A stretch of DNA of 63,322 bases, counting the filler, from Choristocarpus tenellus KU-1152 (lineage: Eukaryota; Protista; Phaeophyceae), in assembly GCA_964200185.2 (NCBI GenBank). It is 8 parts of 8 records of this genome, joined end to end, with 100 filler letters (N's around TTAATTAATTAA, not from the genome) between each part and the next. Parts side by side here need not be neighbours in the genome. Positions count along the whole stretch, not along the records: positions 41,594 to 59,445 come from CAXNAD020000619.1; positions 59,546 to 63,322 come from CAXNAD020017982.1; 6 more parts are not named here. The stretch is one strand, 5' to 3'. Below the pieces are notes generated by a model. The model made no database searches. It worked only from the letters and a program-made list of their open reading frames with translations, and was not told the DNA's origin. Shown here in pieces: positions 54,001 to 63,322 of the stretch (within the stretch, counting starts at the first letter, position 1; every line of letters begins with the position of its first letter). Both the position numbers and the translations under genes were made by a program.

Positions 54001-56780
54001 ATCCTCATACCCCCCCTGCCCTAGAGCCCTTCATTCCTCAACTGCAATTCAACCTAAACCCTAACCCTAAACCATCATGCCCAACCTTAGCCCATTACCT
54101 CATTGAGCTACTTTTGACTCTGCCCATACCTAGTAGCACTCAGTAAGAGCACTTTTCAGTTGATATCCCAAGTCCCTAACCCTAACCCTAACCATCAACT
54201 TTTTTCCTTTCTTTCTTACCGCCACAGAGCCCGCGATCAGAGGTGATGGCCACAAGAAGGTTCTTCTGCGGCCAAGAGGAGGTATCTACACCTTCTTCCA
54301 ACAGCACACAATCTGTGCTAATGGCCTCCGTCCATTTCTGTCATAATTACAGAGGGGGGGAAAGAGTAACACAATGGTGATCATGCCATTACATTAACCA
54401 CAAGAATTTAAGTGTATACATCAAATAAATCAGCTTGAAATGGAATTATTATGTGTAATTCAGTGAACCTTAACCCTTTGTGCACAACAAGAGATGTGAA
54501 AATTCAGAGTGAGCTGTTTCAGTTTACATCTCATGAGAAGAATGTTGGCTCACCAAAAGGGCTCGATCAAATCTTAATTTAATGCTTTCAATTTAATGGC
54601 CTTAGCGACAACATAGGGTATATAAACTCATAAAACAGCACTGGGGTACATCAACTTCGCCCATGCATCCACTTCACAGCCAGCAAGCACGTAAGGCATG
54701 CTCAACATCAAGAATGTTGTGTGGAAAATAATGCCACATCTCAAGAGACAATATTCAAATCACTCCATGCAAGAAATAACACAAAGGGAGGGGGGGGGAG
54801 GGGGGGGAGTCAACAACAAACCTTTTCATGATCTTTTCCACATATTCTGTCATACCTTGAAATTCTGTTCAACAGCACAAGAAGGCAATTGATTCAAGAT
54901 ATACATAGAGATAAAAAAGTATTTGATTTTTTCATTGCAAAAGAGCCTTCAAGCACTCCTACCACAATGGGTGTTGCTGACAGCAGGTTTCTCTTGCGTC
55001 TCAGTGCTAAACTAAACCTGCAAAATGCCTTGTTGGCACTTTTGCAGGGGTTGTTTACCACCACTCGCAAGAGGAGAAGAGAAGGTCTCTTTACCTCTCT
55101 TTACCTCTTGGCAAAAAGACAGTTGTCACCAACAACATAAAAACAACAGTAAGCAACCTTATTCAAGTTAGGACAATTCATTGAAGGCCAAGGTGCTCAC
55201 GTTGAATGGCTTGGCTGCATCAAGACGGGCCTGGTCTCCGCGAAGCTTTGCAGCCGATACCATCTTCATGGACTGAGTGATCTTGGAGATATTCTTTGTG
55301 GCATTGATGCGCATCAGCACCTGCTTTTCTGTAGCCATCCCTCGCACAGTGCTACTGCAAAAGTTGGACCAGTGAATGCGTGGAGGGGGTTTGGGGGTGG
55401 GGTTGGGGATATGGAGAAAAGGTAGGCTACAAAACCCCCCTAAAGTCTTTCTTGATTGGGAACTTTAGCAGTGCTTTGTGGAGAACACAAAAACAGGTCA
55501 CTATAATTTCAAGTACAACTTAACAATGTGCTGAATCTGCATGGCATGATTGATTTAACACACCACACTTTTGTGAAACAATCAAGCAGGATGTTGGGCA
55601 AATTGCTGCCCAGGAGACAACAAATAGCGAAAATGAAAAACAATGTACCGTTCTATACTTAGCAAAAAACACCTTTAGGTCGTAAGAAATCAGGCCCAGG
55701 CCCACACCCATTCATCCAATCTACTTGTTCTTCACTAGATGCCTTCAAGGTATGCGATTATTTCTGACAGATGACAGAACACTATACAAAATAATAAATA
55801 AGTGTTACTCCGACAGTATATAATTCAGTGAAGTCATCAGGTTACAGTGAGGTTGGGAATATCAACAGAAATTGGGAAGCACATTCTGCACTCTCTGCAT
55901 CGAATCAAATTAGAAAAAAGATTGCACGGTCAGCCCAAGGGGCAATCAAAATGGTTGAACTTCTGTGGGAAAACTGAATGTACTGTCTCCGTCTAATGGG
56001 AGAAATATGGGTTACCGACGTACAGAGGTGCCCCAGTGTGCCAAACAAGGGGCCACATAAATGTCTTTGACAGGCTTCATGCATTCGCTGGCTTTTACCC
56101 GATATGCCAAGGAAAAATACAGCGCGGCTAGAAGCGCGCAATATGTTGTCAAGAGGGTGTGGTCATGACTTCCCATGATCATTAACGCCAAGGAATAAAT
56201 CGGGTATTTCCTCACAGAATGAGTGTAAGTGGGCATATGAAAAAAAATGACGTAGAGCTTCATTGCAAACCACTGTAGCCTATTTGATGCCGATGAATAG
56301 TGCAATGAGGAGGGCGCGTGGATTTCGACTGTGGTTATTCATTGCGCTCTATGGTCGTCAGTGAAAGAAACCCTTGCATTTGGAGGTTTCAGGTGGCTTA
56401 TCTCCAGCTTATCCAGAAAATAGTGTGCTAACAAGGTTAGCAAAGGCTCAATCTTAATCACAACAAAATGCAAAGAACACCCCGCACACCTCATCGTCAG
56501 AATACCACCAACCCCGACCATAGTCCGATATTGGGCATGGCCAGGGAAAGGGTTGAAGGGCACAACTATTGCACAGGAAGAACACCTATTCAGATATCCC
56601 CCAATTAACTTCGCGATACCGATACTCTACAGAGGAACGCAACAAATAACAAAAAACTGCCAACACATTCTCACCCTACCCCATCCATTATCCCCAAACA
56701 TTACATGCTTGCCCTCTTCGTACATACCTGGCCACCGGCAATGGCGCCTTGAGCGTAACCCTTCGCAGCACTGCCCGCAT
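48231..56780 (-). CDS. ATP5F1C: Mitochondrial F1 ATP synthase gamma subunit, 7 exons (56780-56728, 55354-55201, 54337-54220, 52879-52752, 50916-50813, 49946-49814, 48449-48231), 302 aa
   Basis: Arg-rich presequence, then [107 protein letters not shown]; all junctions are GT-AG and in phase (909 nt). Confidence 0.97.
49300..49487. mobile_element. MITE family B copy in ATP synthase gamma intron 6
   Basis: GGTTCAAAGTATG...CAGATACTTTCACCC; reverse-orientation homologue of 61691-61872. Confidence 0.85.
50966..50998. repeat. (GA)n microsatellite, (TC)n on the sense strand upstream of an acceptor
   Basis: Direct reading. Confidence 0.9.
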
Positions 56781-56884
56781 GTTTAACCTTGCAATGGCTT
56801 ACAAGTTCCTCTGACCAGTCCCCTACGCACAACAGTGTCCCACTCAAACGTTCCCTCTCCAGATGCAGAGGTGTCCTGAAAACG

Positions 56885-56940
56885 ACTGAATATTTTTTTC
56901 CGCGAATTTTGTGCGCACGATATTCTCGCGCGAAGAAATT
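56885..56940. promoter_or_regulatory. CpG-rich putative promoter of ATP synthase gamma with GATATTCTCGCG motif
   Basis: About 105-160 bp upstream of the ATG at 56780; TTTTCCGCGAA and GATATTCTCGCGCGAA. Confidence 0.5.
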
Positions 56941-59569
56941 ATCAGATGAACATGATTGAGATCCACCCTCAAAGACACAGCGTACTTAGTAGTGGTGGGA
57001 ATTTTTCCTATTCTCTACTCGATAAGCCTGGTGAATTTCCTACGTCAGATAAAACTAGGGCAGGACTGACACGTCCAAGTCGTCATGGAGCTTTGATGAC
57101 ATTCAACTGTATCTATTTTCAACCCGCCCAAGGTTTTTCTCTAGGGTGTGCGAGGAAGTGACGATATCATAGAACGTTTCCGCTCTTCCTTAGTTGTACA
57201 AACCTCTATCCATTGTTTCCTATGAAGCTTAAGGTGTCTGCGTGAGGGTTAGGTGATATGCTACTCTTCATTCCATCTGTTAGATAGACACCTTGAGACC
57301 ACAGATACCTTCCTTACATCCTTGTTACTAATCGTGTGTTAGATATTTCTCCACCTACGTTCACTGCGAATATTGGTTCTGACAATAAGCCGTTCGCTAA
57401 CCGTGAATGTTGAGACCTTGCGGTGGCTCTTGGTCTCAAAATGGGGGAATGGAGGTCGAAATCATTCCCTTCCACTGGAGGAGGGAAGAAGGGCATTATC
57501 ATTGCCCAAACATCTATTGATCACGCCATCTCACTACTTGCTTTATTCTCGACTACTCTGTCACACAGTAATGAACCCAATGCAGTCTCCGCACTTCTTG
57601 TAAATAGGGCAGAAAGTTGAGGCTCTTTGGCTCTTTAAGGCTTGTAGCTGTAGCTCCAGACTTGTCCTGGATTCTATTCTACTTTAGAGGCATTGTACTA
57701 TTCTTCGCCAATTTGACCGATGGGACTCAGCACATAGAAAGTGAGTAAAACTACAATCCCCACCACACATTGGCAAGACTGTGTACTCTTCCAGCTAGGG
57801 ACCTACTGTAGCCCCACTTCTCAGTTCCTTTCCATTACAAATAGTTACGGCGTTAACAACTTGAACATATGTCGTCATTCTCCTCATGGGTGCACATTCT
57901 ATCCTGAACAAGCGTTTCTTGACAGACCTCATTTTGACAGTAAGTATATTTCATCCATTGACTGGCAGTGTGAAATGAGCAGGTTTGCTCATGTGAGGAA
58001 CTTATTTCTACCCTCCGTACATCATTTCTTGTTCACACTTTGAAGCACTCAGTACCAAGTACCTCTGTGTGAGTGAGGAGGATTTCCTTTTCTCAAACTC
58101 ACCTTATTGGGCAAGCACCTTCACCTTATTAACGAAGGGAGTATTGTTGTGTTGTTTGCTTCATTACTTGAATTGGCACCATGAGTGCTCGTCAAACGGG
58201 GGTGACAAGGGCTCAATATTTCACTGCACAAGAGGCATCCATCCCTATGCCAACGCATGACTCCAAGGCAAATGGTGCTATTCATCATGTTGTGGATTGG
58301 CAAGCAGATCCATGTTTTGTCAGGTTGTACCCTTTGGTGGCATGTCCAGTTAAGGTTTCACTGTTTGTTGGTGGTGTCGATGATGTAGCCCCTTCTCTTT
58401 GTGCTCATATTGTCGCAATAATGGAAGGGGTGCCCTCGTCCTGTTGTGCTCACATTCTAGTAACATTTTTTGAAGGGGCATCCTGCCCTGCCTTGGAAGG
58501 CAGGTTCAGGAGGTCTTAAAACTGCATTTTTTGCTGTTTCCGCGTAAAATGATAATAAAAATGTAACACATCTTCGCATAATAATCTCCATGTTTTCCCA
58601 GCTCTTTCTTCAATGTGGACAGTGTTGGGATAAAATCTACCATTAATACTCTGATGTACATGGTATCTCTCTCGTCCATACCGTTCTATTGAAGAAGTTT
58701 CCATCCCTCGACCATTCCATCCCAGAACATTCTTAGTCATACGTATGACTACGTCGTGTATGTTACTATATATATTGGCATATCCACTGACATATTCCAG
58801 ATGTCATGTACGGAAAGAGAAGCAGGAAGAGAAGAATGTCACAAACGCAACTGACAATAGATTGCGTATTTCTCACAGGAGAGTACTTCAGACACATCAG
58901 GAGATGAAGTGTGTTTTGAAAAAAGGAAAGCAAGGAAGCTACTAGCTCAATAAACTATAGCTGAAACTGCTCACCTCTAAACTGGCGCAATGAAGGTGGT
59001 TAGAATGAAGGGAAGAGTCCAGCAAGCTGGTCAAGTCCCATCTAGCCGACTGAGACTCGATGTCTCCAGTTTGATCTGCATGGCATGCCTGGAGGGTGCT
59101 ATTTGTGCAGTGACGGACATAATGTGCTGCAGGCATGCCTTCACTGCTCTCTTCCAACTAAAGCCCTCAGACCCCCTACCACCCACTACATGAATCACCA
59201 GGTCACCCAGGAATTGCTGTGCCTATATCCCTAGACACCCAAACCTTTCCATCATAAAGGTATTGAGGTCAGGTCTAGAAGGTTCAAGAGAACCCTCGTG
59301 GTAGTGGTTACATTGCTTGGCCTCGGCTGCAGCAATAGTGACACTGCTGTGACCCAAAGTATCTGGGGGGGGGGGGGGGGGGGAGCTACAACGGGGGGTG
59401 GAGTGGGGACAAAAAAGCAGGAAGAAAACTAGATTGATCCGCAGANNNNNNNNNNNNNNNNNNNNNNNNNNNNNNNNNNNNNNNNNNNNTTAATTAATTA
59501 ANNNNNNNNNNNNNNNNNNNNNNNNNNNNNNNNNNNNNNNNNNNNTTAATAAGCAGACAACCCCAGGGG

Positions 59570-59792
59570 GGGGGGGGGGGGGGGGGGGGGGGAATGGGGG
59601 AGGAGGGGGGGGGGGTAGGGGGGGGGGGGGGGGGGGGGGGTCCAGACAAGGGTGTCCATTCGGACCCTGATCAGGAAAAGTGCACTTGCATTATATCCAT
59701 CTGACGCATGTAACTAAATCACCCTTAAAGTGCGACATCGAAAATGTGCCCCAAATGGATAGCCACCACCCCCCCCCCTTATACTTTGAGCC
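59570..59792. mobile_element. MITE family B copy with expanded G-runs (further termini at 4777-4800, 41594-41618, 59351-59395)
   Basis: GTGTCCATTCGGACCCTGATCAGGAAAAGTGCACTT...ATACTTTGAGCC, homologous to 61691-61872. Confidence 0.8.
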
Positions 59793-60731
59793 TTCGTTGC
59801 GGAGATGATAAACCACAAAGAGGAGCATGTGGAAGGAACTTGGAAGGAACTTGATCATGTTGGCAATGATTTGTTGCAGACACACAGAACAACAGTTCAA
59901 TTAATAATTTTTTGTAGTGCACCAAGTAGTTCGTAGGGTGGAAGAAATAGTTACAGTGTGGACTGCCATCTGACCAATCTGATTATTATTGGTCGATTGG
60001 TCAAAGGACTATGTAGGGTGGAAGTAGAATAACAGTGGCGAGAAGAATCAGACTGGAAGGGAACAAGTAGTAATATATTGTATACAGAAATAATTTATCT
60101 GACCACAGGTCAAGGGGCTAGGTAGTGTGGAGATAGTGTGGAGAGGTTTCAAACTATAAGTGACCACATAATAATATATTCATTTTTAATATTTACACCA
60201 TTCAGAACAACTGTGACAATGTGCACACTCCCTATACAGTAGCAAAATGATACTATCCCACAAGACGAATCAGTGGGGGGTGGTTACCATGGGGTTCCTT
60301 GTGAAGAGTAGACCCAATTGAAGATTTCAATGCGAGCAATCCATCAAGCACAACCAAAAATAGAGAGCCCTTCTATACTACAGCATTTGATATTATATGA
60401 TAGGTGAATGCAACTTCCTGTAACAGATTGACACCAAAGACTGCGATATACTTCATCCCTACATTGTGATACTTCAGGCTACTTTTCTTAGCGAGTGCAA
60501 ACATCATTGCCATTGCTAATAACACCTCTAAAAACATGGTTTCGGCACTTAGTAGTGAAAATGACAAAATCTGTCCCATTCACAAAAATGATAGTGGTGG
60601 TGATGGTGGTGATAGCGGTTTAGAAGTATCATAGTTACACCGCCATATGAGAAAAATTGTTTGGCATGATGACAAAAAGCGTGTTCTTCTGAATGGCCAT
60701 AAAGTAATACAGAAAATACATACAGAAATGA

Positions 60732-60990
60732 GAGCCAAAGTATCTTAGAGGGTAAAGCCGCGTCCATTTGGGGGTCAAAATTCAATTTGGCGATTTTCAT
60801 GTAATTTTGGCTATTGTGTTTGTTAGGAAGTGTAAACATCCATGTTCTGGACACACCGTTTCATATCATATACATTTTACCTACTCCTAAACATTTTGGA
60901 GTAGAAAAATGTGATGAAAACCCCCAAGAGAAGCCAAGCCTCAAATGGACAAACAGGGCAAAACTCGTACCCTCTAAGATACTTTCACTC
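60732..60990. mobile_element. MITE family A copy (reverse orientation)
   Basis: GAGCCAAAGTATCTTAGAGGGTA ... TACCCTCTAAGATACTTTCACTC. Confidence 0.88.
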
Positions 60991-61690
60991 CTGAGTAGAC
61001 GACACATTACATAAAGTATATCATCATTGAAGAAGTGGGTTCATAACCTTTAATGGACCATACCTCGCATGATCTGTCGTGTTATTAGCAGGCACGAGGG
61101 CAATAATGAAGTCTGATCATTGGCAAGTAAGTATGCTACTATCAGGTTTCCAGACAGAAAATAATCTTCCTGTTGTAAATTGTAGGAATGAACAGAATCT
61201 GCCCTGATCAAGATTAGGCAGGCATTGCACTTCCATCCTTCATCCTTGAATCACAATCACAGCGTAAAAGGTGACGCCTATTTTGTCAATCATCATGTCC
61301 TCTATCTACGACATAGTAAACATGTACTATATTTATTTATGTGACCTCAGTGCATCCGGTACCTGCGAGTTCAAGCATCAACCAACACGACAACGAACTT
61401 GGCAAGAAACGCACGAGAACTAGCCAGAAATAGGGGTGCCTTGCAGGGTCTTTTCCCCCGGAACCTGTAGGGTTAGAAACTCAGAGTACAACTAGGGACT
61501 TGTTGCTTTGGGCAAACTGATGAAATAGCACCTAAAACACAACGTTTAAAGATTTCAAGGTCTGTAAACCAAAAATTGCCACAGGCAGGACATGTAACCA
61601 CTGTTACATCTGCTCTTTCTTGCTCCTCACAACCTCTTTTGGGCGTTGGTGAAGTTTCTTTTACACCTCAAATGTGTTGTTCCACTTTTT

Positions 61691-61872
61691 GACCCAAAGT
61701 ATCTGGGGGGGGAGGGGGGTGTCTACACCAGAGTGTCCATTTTGGACCAAAACCAGGAAAAGTGCACTTTCATTATCCATCCAACTTATGGAACTAAATC
61801 ACCCAAAAATCGAGACATGAAAAAATTGGCCCCAAATGGACAGCCGCTACCCCCCCCCATATACTTTGACCC
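61691..61872. mobile_element. MITE family B full copy (~182 bp) with 3-bp TSD (TTT)
   Basis: ttt|GACCCAAAGTATCTGGGGGG ... CCCCCCATATACTTTGACCC|ttt. Confidence 0.88.
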
Positions 61873-61979
61873 TTTCATACTTTTGGCACACATCAGCCAT
61901 CCAACATTATTCTACCGCCCCTCGCGTGCTGAATGTTTCATCTCGCCACGTACAAATTCCTGCATATGTAGATAATTAA

Positions 61980-63062
61980 CCTTTAATGAAAAATACTGTT
62001 GATACTGCTACTGACATTTCAGTAATATCAATCAGATGATACATTGAAGCCCACATATCTCTTTGTAAGGCACCCATTCGGGAGATTCCAGCAGGTGCAC
62101 TGAATTTAAAAGGAGCAGGTGGTAGACCCTTATCTTTTCATGGTTTCATTCAGTTTACACTACAACGTGGTGACATATCAATGCCGGTCGAAGCAGTTGC
62201 CATACCTAATTTGAGAGTAGAAAAAATTGGATAACAACATCATGTCGGCATTTGGGGCAGTGCTAGATTGGGATAGAGAGGAAATATCATTTAAAGACAG
62301 TGATAAGTGTATCCCAGCGACTCACAGAATGATACCCCTTCCTATCTGTTGCCCCCCAAGATATATTTGCCAGACTGAAAATGCATCACCTCATACTTCA
62401 ATTTCAGTGATCACATCTGAATTTATTATACCAGTACATCCAGTATAAAGATATACCTTCCCCCTGGCACGGAAATGCTTGTTCCATTTTGTTCTCAGGC
62501 ACTCCGAGGAACAGCTACAGATGTAGTGGTGGAACCTATCATTTATACTGGAACAGACCTTCAGCATGAGGACGACATACATCCCCACTGGCAACATATT
62601 GTGGTCAGTTGAACACTCACTGTTTGGGACGAGGATGGAGGATGTTTAGTCAAAATTGCCAACCTTTCTTAGATGGGGTCAAGTTACCAGCAAATTTTGT
62701 ACCTGGTCATATCTTCCCCATATCAACCACATATTCCCTTTCAGAAGTCACCATAAATGCAGTTGCAGCCACACCCTCTACTCCCAAAGAACTGAAACAA
62801 GCTAGGGATGAATTGAAGTTTTTTTCTAAGAAGGCTTTTGCAAACTGACACTTTCTGAGCAAGAGGAATTACTAGATATTGTGGCTAAATTCAGACCAGT
62901 ATTTTCATTATCTGAAAAATAATTAGGTTGTTGCACCACTATTTCTGTTGATTTTCCCCTACAACCAGGCACTAAACCGATTAGTAGACCACCGTATAGG
63001 GTGGCACCAAAATTATGCGGCTCTATTCGCCAATGTGTAACGGATATGGAAAAAAAGGGCCA
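61980..63062 (+). mobile_element. Ty3/Gypsy pol remnant: aspartic protease and start of RT, pseudogenised and truncated
   Basis: VDTATDISVIS (cf. DTGA), LKGAGGRPL..G, IMSAFGAVLDW, then ELLDIVAKFRPVFS...LG.C..ISVDFPLQPGTKPISRPPYR...MEKKG; stops and frameshifts. Confidence 0.85.
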
Positions 63063-63322
63063 ATACTCTTAACCAACTGAAAATGTGACACAAGCTATGA
63101 GTCAAAGTAAACGAGAGGTATCTAGAGTTGCTTTTAAGAATGCTGGAAAATATGTGCAAAATTCGACTTTTTTGTACACCGCTTATTGGAATTTTTCTGA
63201 ATCCTGTTGAAAGGATTCAAGCAACTAAGAAACCAACGTTCTTAAGTCAAACTTAGCACTTCATCCATAGAAATATGGGTGAATTGCAAAAGATTGGAGA
63301 GCTGGTTTATAATGCAATACGC

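Noticed and set aside
57000-59350. Divergent gene upstream of ATP synthase gamma
   Set aside because: Only short stop-interrupted frames without recognisable motifs.
60370-60580. Possible Copia RT remnant
   Set aside because: Similarity too faint to support without a search.

Overview
Eukaryotic, intron-rich nuclear DNA. Gene content, TTAGGG-type motifs and repeat landscape suggest a stramenopile, probably a brown alga or relative (inference). The window is not contiguous: eight contigs (1-4676, 4777-16703, 16804-23994, 24095-28255, 28356-36457, 36558-41493, 41594-59445, 59546-63322) are joined by artificial 100-bp N-TTAATTAATTAA-N linkers. Host genes rebuilt by hand from GT-AG, phase-consistent exons: the 3' end of cytosolic leucyl-tRNA synthetase, an IQ-motif/TPR protein, the C5HC2 zinc-finger end of a KDM5/JARID-type protein, an intronless Golgi-type sulfotransferase, a coiled-coil protein fragment and a complete 7-exon mitochondrial ATP synthase gamma gene. 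The rest is mostly decayed Copia, Gypsy and LINE fragments plus two MITE families sharing termini. The most unusual locus (about 20.6-23.5 kb) has a ParB/Srx-fold ORF and a Cys-rich, transposase-N-terminus-like ORF diverging from an AT-rich array of about three 268-bp units carrying long palindromes. It is a candidate ParB-carrying eukaryotic mobile element with parS/origin-like repeats. Its function is inferred, not demonstrated.
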